Below, one piece after another: positions 24,686 through 37,275 of a stretch of 64,000 nucleotides of DNA. Origin of the DNA: Octopus bimaculoides (lineage: Eukaryota). The notes beneath the pieces are model-generated. The model was not told where the DNA came from. It saw nothing but the letters and a program-made list of their open reading frames with translations, and made no database searches. The stretch lies in assembly GCF_001194135.2 (NCBI RefSeq), contig NC_068981.1, positions 34,211,680 to 34,275,679 on the forward strand. The letters are read 5' to 3'. A program made the translations under genes and the position numbers. The number at the start of each line of letters is the position of its first letter. Positions within the stretch are counted from its first letter, which is position 1.

Positions 24686-25977
24686 NNNNNNNNNNNNNNN
24701 NNNNNNNNNNNNNNNNNNNNNNNNNNNNNNNNNNNNNNNNNNNNNNNNNNNNNNNNNNNNNNNNNNNNNNNNNNNNNNNNNNNNNNNNNNNNNNNNNNNN
24801 NNNNNNNNNNNNNNNNNNNNNNNNNNNNNNNNNNNNNNNNNNNNNNNNNNNNNNNNNNNNNNNNNNNNNNNNNNNNNNNNNNNNNNNNNNNNNNNNNNNN
24901 NNNNNNNNNNNNNNNNNNNNNNNNNNNNNNNNNNNNNNNNNNNNNNNNNNNNNNNNNNNNNNNNNNNNNNNNNNNNNNNNNNNNNNNNNNNNNNNNNNNN
25001 NNNNNNNNNNNNNNNNNNNNNNNNNNNNNNNNNNNNNNNNNNNNNNNNNNNNNNNNNNNNNNNNNNNNNNNNNNNNNNNNNNNNNNNNNNNNNNNNNNNN
25101 NNNNNNNNNAAAATCTATGTCACAGTGCGATGTATATGTTCATTGACGTATGTATTATATTGCAATGTCGTCTTGACATGATACATGAAATACTGAATCA
25201 ACAACTGAGCATGTAATTCAACAACTCAACTTTCTTTATGCAGCAGTCAACAGATGCCTTACAATCTCTATGCAATGCGGACATGTTATTTTTTTTTTTA
25301 GCTCCGAAAGCGCTAGCACAATATAAGTGGAGATAGTGGTGGAGGTGTTATCTGAGGTTAGAACTCTGGTTGTGTGATGGCGTTTGATCTAAACCAACAT
25401 GCTATGTTATATGCATAGACGGCGTGCTTCACCAATAGTTGCTCTTGAGCATTCAATCGGCTACTTCCGCGTGGTTAATTTATTCAAGCGTAACCTGACC
25501 CGGGTTTACTTACAGATAAGAACAGCACAGTTGAATGACGTAAGTAGGGACATTTAACTCATAGAAGACCTGTATATCCTTGTGAAAAAGTGTCACGATT
25601 GACCGGATAGATAATGTAATGAAAAGGTACACACTGATAGAAGTATTAACTATGTATTTAAGTGTTGATGTCACATTGACATGACAAATTACTTATACAC
25701 ATGGGATTTCAGATAATTGAAGCGGTATGTTATGTAGAAGAATTGATGTTGGTTCGATGATATGATGCAATCAGAGTGATACATTATATATATTATAGCA
25801 ATGTGTTATGTCACGTATAATCACATTAGCTCGATGCATAAAATAGTCAACGGGCTTCTAACAATAATTGTACTGCCCTTTTGTGACAACAGCGTCACGA
25901 TCGTATGTAATATTAGTCTCTATGTAAATGCATATATATGTATATGTGTGTGCCGTGCGTAGTGTGTGTGTGTATGC

Positions 25978-26029
<52 letters not shown>

Positions 26030-26123
26030 NNNNNNNNNNNNNNNNNNNNNNNNNNNNNNNNNNNNNNNNNNNNNNNNNNNNNNNNNNNNNNNNNNNNNNN
26101 NNNNNNNNNNNNNNNNNATATAT

Positions 26124-26198
<75 letters not shown>

Positions 26199-27179
26199 CA
26201 CACACACACACACACACGTACACATACATGTATATCATGCCTGAATTATTTCCGTCTTATTTTGTTCTCTCTAGTATCTTTGTATCCATGTATCAAGTAT
26301 TTGGAAACTTGAGCCGACTTTCAACGTAGTCATTAGCGCAAAACATAAAATAGCACCGCGTCACATGATTCATGTGAAGTGTGACATCACAAGCGCTTTG
26401 TCTGTTGCCCTGAAAAGAGATAAAAGAACAATTTTTTTTCTATGCTTCGAAGTCGACATTAGCTCTCTCTTTCAGTTCATTATTAGTTTATAATGTGATT
26501 TTTTCTGAATAAAACAGAAAATCGCACTATTTTGAATCATTACTAAATAGAAAAGCGCTGTCTCAGAATGGACATGCTATGCTGCTAGTAACAGACTTAT
26601 TTTTCATTTATCAAATATACTTCGCAAGCGATATAGTGTTGCGGATGTAAGATATGGTATTGCCACATTTTAAAATTCTTTATTTTCCAGTTGGGGTTAC
26701 CTGATACTTGACGAAATTACAATTGCACTATCTAAATGACACAACCTAGCATTTCTTCTCTGGTTTGTTCAGCTTGTATTATATTGAGAGATACTGCGGT
26801 TGTACAACAAAATATAATAATGAGCTTTTATATTGTTCCTGTAGAACACTTTACAAAATTTGTTGCCATTGAGGAAATGCTTGTTGATTAAGGAGAGACA
26901 TTATTTTACTACGCAGGTTGTAATGTTAATGCTAAACGGTGGATTGAATCAGATCGCATCAGTGTGCGCATATGCATGCATGCATATCCGAGCGTGCGTA
27001 TGTGCGTTTGTGGCCCGAAATTTTTGTCACACGTAATTAAATGGTCTATGGTTTTTAGGTATCTATGGACGAGAGCCTGATTATACTTGTTCTGAACTTC
27101 ATGAAAATTTGTTTCATTGATAGAGAAAATGAATATGCGCTAATGTATCTATCTATTTATCTATAAGTTTCGGGGGATG

Positions 27180-27348
27180 GGCTAAGTCAATAACATGGAC
27201 CCCTCTGCTCAGATGGTATTTATTTTATTTTATCGACCTCGAAAGGATGAAAGACTTTCTCAGTTCCCGAGCGTTATACTAATACATCTATTTGTTTTCA
27301 ACACCACCTGTCTTCGTCTGCTGTTGTTTTTTTGTGAATTCTCCCTAT
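27180..27348. mobile_element. Junction of a SINE A fragment (minus, 27180-27253) and a family H fragment (plus, 27250-27348)
   Basis: TTTTATCGACCTCGAAAGGATGAAAG is the SINE A central domain reversed; AAAGACTTTC...ATTCTCCC matches 50700-50797. Confidence 0.7.
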
Positions 27349-28329
27349 ATATATATATATATATACTTGCTGAAATATTAATATATGATATATCAGATGC
27401 ATTAAATATGTTACATTGCAAACAATATGCTAAATCAAACCATGTTATATATATTCATATGTGTGTGTGTGTTCTACAGTGTCTGCTTGTTTGTGTATAT
27501 ATGTATGTATGGATGGATGGATGGATGGACGAATGGATGGCTGGATGGATGGATGGATGGAGGGAGGGATGGATTGCCAGATCACTTGCGAAGTTTCATG
27601 AGGGCGGCTGACTGGTAACATGGAATTCAGTATAACTTGCTGCATGGCGCTCCAGCCGCGTTTGCTTGGTGAGAGCGTTGCTACCAACACAGCAAGACTG
27701 AAAATAAAAGAAGACGCATGGAATCAAACGTAAGTTCGACTGCTATTAAGCAATAATAAGTACGAACACTCATAAATTCTGTGTTGGTGGTTGGCACGCT
27801 GGAAAATCACTGGGAGTTAAGCAACCCTCAACTTTTGCTAAAGGTCACTCTGATATAAAACTGGATATAGCAGGAATGGCAATGGATGTCTTTTTTTTTT
27901 TTTTTAAATTTCGCTTGAGACTATGGCGCTTTCACATTCCTGAGCCATTTTTTAAATTCTTTTGACTTACGTTTAAGATCATGAGACTCCCACATTCCTG
28001 AGTCTGTGACCCATATTAGCACTTGCTTCGGTTTCTGGATCATGTTCATTGGACAGAGAGTGTCTATGAGGTATTGTGCAAGGCTTATATTGGACCTTAA
28101 AAATTTTGCACAAGCATTGCTTTGTCAGTGATGGTTATACTCGTTTACAAGTTTACAACCATCTTGTATGTATGTATGTGTATATGTATAACAATAAACA
28201 CTCAACTCAGAGATCGATATATAACCAATAACACTGCTAGTGTTCATCACGTCTCTCATTTTATTATTATCAAAACCATTATTATTATTTGGTGCTTGCT
28301 TTTGTTATTGTACTAGCTGTTTCTGTTTC

Positions 28330-28357
28330 TATTGTTTCTTTGTTTCCTTTGTTGTCG

Positions 28358-28389
<32 letters not shown>

Positions 28390-28629
28390 ACAGCTGGCAC
28401 AGCTCATCACAACACTGCAATTGTCGGTGTTGTTGTTGTTGCGGCTGCTGCTGCTGCTGCTGCTGCTGCTGTGGTTCTTGTTGTTCACGATGATGATGAT
28501 GATGATGATGATGATGATAGTGGTGATGATGATGATGATGATGATGATGGTGATGTTTGTGATCTTAATTGATACTGACGGTGATAAGGATGATGATTAT
28601 GAGATGATGAGGATCTTAATAAAGACGAA

Positions 28630-28675
<46 letters not shown>

Positions 28676-28792
28676 GCGACGACGACGACAATGATAATGA
28701 CGATGATGTTTAAGATGATGATGATGACAATCGCGATGATAATGGGTGGGATATTTATTGATACTGACATTGTAAATGGTGTTACTGCTATT

Positions 28793-28828
<36 letters not shown>

Positions 28829-29004
28829 TGATGATGATGATGATGTTAATGTTGATGATGATAGTTGATTGATGATAATAATGGTGGTGGTGGTGGTGTT
28901 TACAAAGACGGTGATACCATAGCTAGTGGGATTGCTGTTGTAAATTTAGATGATGTTCATACTAGCTGTAGCGTTGGTGGTGATGGTGATGCTGTTGATG
29001 CTGG

Positions 29005-29048
<44 letters not shown>

Positions 29049-29100
29049 GTGATGGTGATGATGATGATGATGATGATGGTGATGGTGATGATGGTGATGG

Positions 29101-29153
<53 letters not shown>

Positions 29154-29459
29154 GTGATGGTGATGATGATGATGATGATGATGGTGNNNNNNNNNNNNNN
29201 NNNNNNNNNNNNNNNNNNNNNNNNNNNNNNNNNNNNNNNNNNNNNNNNNNNNNNNNNNNNNNNNNNNNNNNNNNNNNNNNNNNNNNNNNNNNNNNNNNNN
29301 NNNNNNNNNNNNNNNNNNNNNNNNNNNNNNNNNNNNNNNNNNNNNNNNNNNNNNNNNNNNNNNNNNNNNNNNNNNNNNNNNNNNNNNNNNNNNNNNNNNN
29401 NNNNNNNNNNNNNNNNNNNNNNNNNNNNNNNNNNNNNNNNNNGATGATGATGGTGATGG

Positions 29460-29491
<32 letters not shown>

Positions 29492-29754
29492 GTGATGATG
29501 ACCATGATGATGATGGTGATGGTGATGATGATGATGGTGATGGTGATGGTGATGATGATGATGATGGTGATGGTGATGATGATGATGGTGATGGTGATGG
29601 TGATGATGATGATGATGATACGATGATGATGATGATGATGATGATGATGGTGATGATGACCATGATGATGATGGTGATGATGACGATGATGATGATGGTG
29701 ATGGTGATGATGATGCTGATGGTGATGGTGATGATGATGATGATGATGATACGG

Positions 29755-29785
<31 letters not shown>

Positions 29786-31000
29786 ACGATGATGATGGTG
29801 TTATCGATGCAATCAATAAGGGCTTGCCGTTTTTCTTTTATATTTTTATTTTGCTGGTGATGGTGGTGGTGGCGGTGGTGGTGGTGTTTGTGGGGGGTGC
29901 TGTCTTTCTATCGATTGCGTCGTTGGTTGTTGCTACTACTAACATTTCCGATCCTGTTTTTGTTTTTTTTTGTTTTTTTCTTCTTTTTTCGTTGTTGTTG
30001 TTGTTGTTGTTGCTGTCATCGTTTTTCGTTGCTGCTGCAGCAGTTGTTGTTGTTGTTGTTGTTTTCAAGCTGCTGCCAATGTTTTTACTGCTGTTACTGA
30101 TGCTGTTGTCATTACAACTACTGCTGACGCTGCTGCTGTTGCTACTGCTAGCGTTTGTATCATTGTTGTTGTTGCTGATGTTGATGTAACTGCTGCTGCT
30201 ACTGCTGCTTCTCCAGCTTCTCCAGCTTCTCCTGCTGCTGATAATTCCATCCTAAACGATGTCGATTATTGCTTTTGTTGTTGTTGTTGGTGGTAGTGGT
30301 GGTGGTGTTAGTCTTGTTGTTATTGTTGTTGTTGCTGTTACTATGTTGTTGTTACTGTTGTTTCTTTTGTTTGGTCACTGTTACTATTTGTGCTGTTGTT
30401 GTTNNNNNNNNNNNNNNNNNNNNNNNNNNNNNNNNNNNNNNNNNNNNNNNNNNNNNNNNNNNNNNNNNNNNNNNNNNNNNNNNNNNNNNNNNNNNNNNNN
30501 NNNNNNNNNNNNNNNNNNNNNNNNNNNNNNNNNNNNNNNNNNNNNNNNNNNNNNNNNNNNNNNNNNNNNNNNNNNNNNNNNNNNNNNNNNNNNNNNNNNN
30601 NNNNNNNNNNNNNNNNNNNNNNNNNNNNNNNNNNNNNNNNNNNNNNNNNNNNNNNNNNNNNNNNNNNNNNNNNNNNNNNNNNNNNNNNNNNNNNNNNNNN
30701 NNNNNNNNNNNNNNNNNNNNNNNNNNNNNNNNNNNNNNNNNNNNNNNNNNNNNNNNNNNNNNNNNNNNNNNNNNNNNNNNNNNNNNNNNNNNNNNNNNNN
30801 TTGTTGTTACTGTTGTTTCTTTTGTTTGGTCACTGTTACTATTTGTGCTGTTGTTGTTGTTGTTGTTGTTGTTACCGTCGTTGCTGTTACTGTTCTCGGT
30901 GATGTTCCTGTTGTTGTTATTGCTGTCATTGACTCTTTGGCCCCGCTGCTGTTGCTGCTGCTGCTGCTGCTACTGTCTCTTCTGTTGTTGCTGTAGTTGT
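28330..31000. repeat. Compound trinucleotide field: (GTT)n, (GCT)n, (GAT)n, (GAT/GGT)n, (CAG)n
   Basis: About 2.7 kb of contiguous codon-length repeats interrupted by two gaps. Confidence 0.95.
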
Positions 31001-31009
31001 TATTGTAGT

Positions 31010-31165
31010 GACCAGCTGGTACAATCGTTAGCATGCCGGGCAAAACGCTCAGTGGCTTTACGTTCTAAGTTCAAATTCCGCCGGGGTCGACTTGCTCTTT
31101 CATCCATTGGTAGGTAGATAAAATTAATGACCAGTCGAGCACTGAGGTCAGTGTAATCGACTAGC
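31010..31165 (+). mobile_element. SINE family A, diverged
   Basis: AGCTGGTACAATCGTTAGCATGCCGGGC...AGTTCAAATTCCGCCGGGGTCGAC...TTTCATCC. Confidence 0.8.
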
Positions 31166-31212
31166 GCCGTCCATTCTGCAGAATGCACGAAACACAATTT
31201 ATGTTGGTTATT

Positions 31213-31553
31213 TTGTTGGCACTCCGTCGCTTACGATGACGAGGGTTCCAGTTGGTCCAATCAACGGAACAGCCTGCTCGTGAAATTAAAGTGTAAGTGG
31301 CTGAGCACTCCACAGACACGTGTACCCGTACCGTAATTCTCGGGGATATTCAGCGTGACACAGTGTGACAAGGCTGGCCCTTTGAATTACAGGCACAACA
31401 GAAATAGGAAGTAAGAGTGAGAGAAAGTTGTGGTGAAGGAGTACAGCAGGGTTCGCCATCATCTCCTGCCGGAGCCTCGTGGAGCTTTTTAGGTGTTCTC
31501 GCTCAATAAACACTCACAACGCCCGGTCTGGGAATCGAAATCGCGATCCTATG
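31213..31553 (-). mobile_element. SINE family B, head truncated at the adjoining LINE
   Basis: Reverse complement of 7310-7650; stops at GATCCTATG. Confidence 0.9.
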
Positions 31554-32775
31554 TTTAAAGTAACTGAGCAGAGATTAGTTGATCAAGCTAACGCTATTAG
31601 AAGAAAGTGGATGACAGAATTGGAGGTAGAAGAGATCACAAAAGAACTGGAAAAGAAAGACTAGGCAGTAGGAAAGACGAACAACATCATCAGAGATACG
31701 GCTCAAATCAGAGAAGAATCTAAAGGAAAAAATAATAATAATAGCGCTATCAAAAGGGAAGGGACAACTGGCACAAAGACTTAAGTGACTTAAGTGAGGA
31801 AGATCAGAAGATTTTAGATGAGTTGCAGGAAGTAATGAGTAAAGAAGTAAGAAAAAGATTGCTGACATTAAAAGGCACCAACAGAAGGAAGTTGCTAGAA
31901 ATGACCAGGAAAGTAGATTCTGTTATCAGTGGGATAGATACTAAAAATATAGGAGACACTAATTTACTGCTGATCTATGCAGGAGGAGTTGTAGTCACCA
32001 GAAGATTAGATATTTCACAGAGAAAGATTAAAGAAGAGCAAAGGTGGAAAAGGAGACTACAAAATAAAGTGAAGACTTTAAGACAAGATCTGAGAAGAAT
32101 AGAAGCCTGGAAACTGAACAAGGTAGGAAACATAAGATGCAAAGCTTCCCTTGGGAAAAGATACTTAGTCAAAGAGAAAGGATTTGGGATAGTCATAGAA
32201 GAGTTGAAACAGCGTATCATAGCAGTAGCAGGGAAGTTCTCCAGATATCAGAAGAGAATAGATCAATATCAACAGAGTAGATTATTTGAGACAGACCAGA
32301 GGAGATTTTGTAACCAAATAAATAGTGGAGAACGAAGTACTGAAGATGAGAAACCTAATACAGAAGGAGCTAGAAAGTTCTGGAGTAATATTTGGGATAA
32401 GCCAGTCAATCATAATGGAGATGCAGTATGGTTAAAGAAGCGAGGAAAGAAGTAGTGAGAAGTAGCCAGATCTAAGATTAACTAGTGCATTAATGAGTAA
32501 TGCACATTAAGGACATAGCTATTGAATTATAGAGACTATGGAAAGTACAGGTAAAATGTATCTCAGTAGTTATAGATGCATTGGGAACTATCTCTAAAGA
32601 TCTGAACAGATGGATAAAGGAAATAAGCATAAAACCCAGTTTAGTACAGCTCCAGAAAACAGCGTTATTAGGGACAGCTAGGGTACTTAGGGAGTTCTTG
32701 GCATCTAAGGTTACTTGCTGTAGCCCGATGTTAGGAATTTTTTCTTTTCCAACAGTTTAATCTGTTGGGTGTATA

Positions 32776-32837
<62 letters not shown>
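31554..32837 (+). mobile_element. R4/Dong-clade (RLE) non-LTR element, internally deleted (RT missing), with (TAA)n tail
   Basis: N-terminal part: WKRRLQNKVKTLRQDL, EELKQRIIA...RYQKRIDQYQQSRLFETDQRRF, KFWSNIWDKPVNHN. It joins near 32490 to the RLE C-terminus KDIAIEL*RLWK...ALGTISK...LQKTALLGTARVLR; (TAA)n at 32778-32837. Confidence 0.85.
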
Positions 32838-32841
<4 letters not shown>

Positions 32842-32980
32842 TCTTATTTTGGCACAAGGCCAGCTATGTTGAGAGGTGGGGCAGTCAATTATTTTGACCT
32901 CCAGTGTTTAACTGGTACTATTTTATCGACTCCCAAAGTCAACAAGGCGGAATTTGAATTCAGAACGTAAAGGCGGGTAA
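32838..32980 (-). mobile_element. SINE family A, 3' part
   Basis: TTTTGGCACAAGGCCAGC...ACTGGTACTATTTTATCGAC...GGCGGAATTTGAATTCAGAACG. Confidence 0.75.
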
Positions 32981-32992
32981 AAAATAAAATTT

Positions 32993-33043
<51 letters not shown>

Positions 33044-34199
33044 TTGTAGTAGTATCATAATGTTATTTTTCCTTGCTTCTGTTTATTTTGGCTGTTACTG
33101 TTAATGCTAATTTTTGTTTCTGCTGCTCTTCTGTTGCTGTGGTTGTTTATACTCTTGTTATTGGTTTAGCTGTCCGATCGATGTGCTGAAATATATAGCC
33201 ACATTATATCCATACTCGCTTTGGGTTCACATAAATCTACTCAATCCACCATATTTACACAGATGTAATATGCATGAAAACAAACTATCTCTCGTCTGTG
33301 CATAGCCATATATATATATATATANNNNNNNNNNNNNNNNNNNNNNNNNNNNNNNNNNNNNNNNNNNNNNNNNNNNNNNNNNNNNNNNNNNNNNNNNNNN
33401 NNNNNNNNNNNNNNNNNNNNNNNNNNNNNNNNNNNNNNNNNNNNNNNNNNNNNNNNNNNNNNNNNNNNNNNNNNNNNNNNNNNNNNNNNNNNNNNNNNNN
33501 NNNNNNNNNNNNNNNNNNNNNNNNNNNNNNNNNNNNNNNNNNNNNNNNNNNNNNNNNNNNNNNNNNNNNNNNNNNNNNNNNNNNNNNNNNNNNNNNNNNN
33601 NNNNNNNNNNNNNNNNNNNNNNNNNNNNNNNNNNNNNNNNNNNNNNNNNNNNNNNNNNNNNNNNNNNNNNNNNNNNNNNNNNNNNNNNNNNNNNNNNNNN
33701 NNNNNNNNNNNNNNNNNNNNNNNNNNNNNNNNNNNNNNNNNNNNNNNNNNNNNNNNNNNNNNNNNNNNNNNNNNNNNNNNNNNNNNNNNNNNNNNNAAAT
33801 GTTTGTGTTTGTAAATGCATTAAATGAGAGTCTATTATAAGAAAATCTTTTCCATTTATATTGTAATTGGTTATTCCTTATATTCTGAGGATTGATTCTG
33901 TCATAAACATAAACGAATTTGAGTATTGATAGTTATCTTTATTAGACAGTCATTTGAGCATCATGCGGTGACTATAATTGAAAGCACTAATCTAGACAGC
34001 TAAGGACAAATGTCCTCAACAGGACTAACATTAAAATTTTTTTTTTGTTTTTCTTTTTGCCTCAGAAGCCATTCTGCCAGTTGTCTGTAAATTATTGCCA
34101 TTTTAGTAACATGTACATGAAACGATAATTCATTACTAAATGTGATCCCCAGGTCATGCAATGATTCTGATTCCGGGTTTGTAATCTTTCATCATCTTG

Positions 34200-34790
34200 T
34201 GTATCCTGTTGTAATAGATTAGAAAGCTGATAGCGAAGAGCTTGAGAATTTGGACATTTTCAGCATGAAATTGCATGCTGCTTTCTTCAGCCCACTTCTG
34301 TATTGCACCGAGTTATTTCTGAGAGTGGCTTGATTTTATCGGAAGATCCTCTTCCCTTTTGAAATTTTCGTATCTTCAGCTTTGTTAGTGACAATGGCTG
34401 TTAGTATGACCGGGAGCATGCTCGAGAGAGCTACAATAAATAGTGACTCAAAAGTATTTCCCCGAGAAACTCTACTCAGAATTTGAAAGAGCACCTTTAC
34501 TCGCAACTGCTTTTCTTCTTCCTCTTAAAATGTTATGTAGCCTCTATCCTTGTCTTCCAACTACATCTAGATCATGTAGTCTGTAACATAACTTCACGAT
34601 CGTTTGTTGAAGGCATTCGTAATATCGAGTTGTATCACATCCACATCTGAATGGTTGAATAACAGTATCAGAACCTAATCGAAATCCTCTAGAAGCTGAA
34701 CATTCATAGAACACTCAACACGGAATTAATTTCTTCTGATAACTCGTTCTATGAATTTACTACGAATTTAGTGAGATAGGCCTGTAAATT
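34200..34790 (-). mobile_element. Old CR1-clade RT fragment
   Basis: Minus strand reads KIYRPISL, DVDVIQLDITNAFNK (cf. VDVIYLDFAKAFDK), AEDTKISK, AIQKWAEESSMQFH. Confidence 0.7.
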
Positions 34791-34817
34791 TTAGTATCTT
34801 CTCTACTCTTTCCTTGG

Positions 34818-35204
34818 TGGAGGTGCAATGGCCCAGTGGTTAGGGCAGCGGACTCGCGGTCATAGGATCGCGGTTTCGATTCCCAGACCGGGCGTTGTGA
34901 GTGTTTATTGAGCGAAAACACCTAAAGCTCAACGAAGCTCCGGCAGGGGATGGTGGTGAACCCTGCTGTACTCTTTCACCACAACTTTCTCTCACTCTTT
35001 CTTCCTGCTTCTATTGTACCTGTAATTCAAAGGGCCAACCTTGTCACACTGTGTCACGCTGAATATCCCCGAGAACTACGTTAAGGGTACACGTGTCTGT
35101 GGAGTGCTCAGCCACTTGCACGTTAATTTCACGAGCAGGCTGTTCCGTTGATCGGATGAACTGGAACCCTTGACGTCGTAAGCGACAGAGTGACAACAAC
35201 AACA
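34818..35204 (+). mobile_element. SINE family B, full length with ~12-bp TSD
   Basis: Colinear with 7267-7653. TSD ACTCTTTCC(T/C)TG at 34805 and 35205. Confidence 0.92.
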
Positions 35205-36388
35205 ACTCTTTCCCTGATGAACAGAACATGTCATACTTTCAACGTTTGGGGGAGCTTATCACTTTGTCAGGAAACACCCGAAAAAGTATCTAGGGCTCTT
35301 TTGCACGTTTTCAAGAGAAATTTCCGAAAATATTTAAGCCTATTGCTGATTGTAGCTTAATTTTATTTCAAGTTTATATCTTCTTTTATATCGGTATGAC
35401 CGACTGTTGTCACTTCCCAATGTAAGGATGTAGTGTTGAAAAACGTATGAAGCTGATTTATTTTCATGTGTTTCACAGAGGAACTGAAAGAAAATTTCAA
35501 TTGTTCATTTAGTATTTCGTTTACACTTTGGAGGTCTGCAGCGAGCTATGTCCTTAGAACAATGGCACTATTTTATAACTCTCTGCAGTCAATTATTTTA
35601 TAAATTTATTGAAAACTTTAGGGGGTTTTTTTTTGATTTTTTTTTTGTACAGTCCTGCTTTTTCTTTTTGCTCTCTCTTTCTCATGGGAGCATTTTATTA
35701 TCAATTTCTATTAGTTTCCTTTTTCAGTGATTTCAAAATCGTTCTTTTCTGTTTTCCTCGTGTCTTCTCTGTCTCTGGAAATTATAATTTTGTGAATGTT
35801 AGCTTTTCCCTCTGGAACAAATTTGATGCATTTAATTTTCTCTGTTAACATTAAATTGACTTGAAAATCTTCTTGCGTAAATAAGAAGAAAATTCAGTTT
35901 CATGTTGTTTTCTTGCATAAATGCACTTTCGAGTTAGTTTTGTTTGAGTATCTCCTCTTAATTGTTTTCTTGTGAGTCTTGCGGTTTATAAGTCAAGATG
36001 GAGTTCCAGCGTTCTTGTTGGTGTATATCTACAATTTTCTTTCATTATAGTTTTACTTATATTGTTATGGTCAGAGGAATTCGTAGATGTCATCAATCAC
36101 GCTATCATTGAACTTCGTGTTATTGATGCGTTCTAGCACATTGTTACCTCGTTGTTGCGTAAAATATGAACAGCAATTAAGAGACGTCATGTAGATATTT
36201 ATTTTGCCTTTTTGATCATGCAGTAACATTCATGAAAAAAAAATGACCTTCGTACTATTTGAGAGTGGAAAGTTTGAAGACGCTGTAAAGGAGTACATAA
36301 ATATGTCGAGGAATTGTATATCTATGAAACTCTCTTCAAATTTACAACTGTCGCTTAAGACAACCGATGAAAGATAAGTTATACATAT

Positions 36389-36885
36389 AGGTGCAGGAGT
36401 GGCTGTGTGGTAAGAAACTTATTTCCCAGCCACGTGGCTCCAGGTTCAGTCCCACTGCGCGGCACCTTGGGCAAGAGTTGTCTACTATAGCCTTGTACCG
36501 ATCAAATCCTTGTGAGTGGATTTGGTAGACGGAAACTGAAAGAAACTCGTTGTGTATATTTCTCAATATTCAATATCTGTACACCACTTCTAACACTCTA
36601 TACATATACATACATGCATGCATGCATACATACATATATACATAGATATATAAAAGAATATAAGGATAAAAATCACGTTAATGATTTTTATCAAGTGGTC
36701 AGCATGCTATAGAATTTTATAGGCAATTAATACATTAAATAAATACATATATGATTATATACTCACATATATATGTATATGTGTGTATGTGTGTGTGTCA
36801 CTATCGCTTGACAACCGACGTTGGTGTGTTTACGTCCCCGTAACTTAGAAGAGACCAATAAGATAAGTACCAGNNNNNNNNNNNN

Positions 36886-36916
<31 letters not shown>

Positions 36917-37275
36917 CATGCATGCATGCATACATACATATATACATAGATATATAAAAGAATATAAGGATAAAAATCACGTTAATGATTTTTATCAAGT
37001 GGTCAGCATGCTATAGAATTTTATAGGCAATTAATACATTAAATAAATACATATATGATTATATACTCACATATATATGTATATGTGTGTATGTGTGTGT
37101 GTCACTATCGCTTGACAACCGACGTTGGTGTGTTTACGTCCCCGTAACTTAGAAGAGACCAATAAGATAAGTACCAGGCTTACAAAGAATAAGTTCAGGG
37201 GTCGATTTCTTCGACTCAAAGGCGGTGCTCCGGCATAGCCCCAGTCAATTGACCGAAACAAGTAAAAGAATAAAA
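36389..37275 (+). mobile_element. SINE family C: head (36389-36556) and tail (37100-37275; partly duplicated at 36798-36872 across a gap)
   Basis: Head as at 24465; tail CGCTTGACAACCG...TTTACGTCCCCGTAACTTAG...GGCGGTGCTCC...GAAACAAGTAAAAGA. Confidence 0.8.

Noticed and set aside
36589-37176. Tandem duplications flanking gaps (also 30340/30801, 52620/52806, 58250/58470)
   Set aside because: Identical sequence on both sides of an N run is typical of unmerged contig overlaps or alleles.
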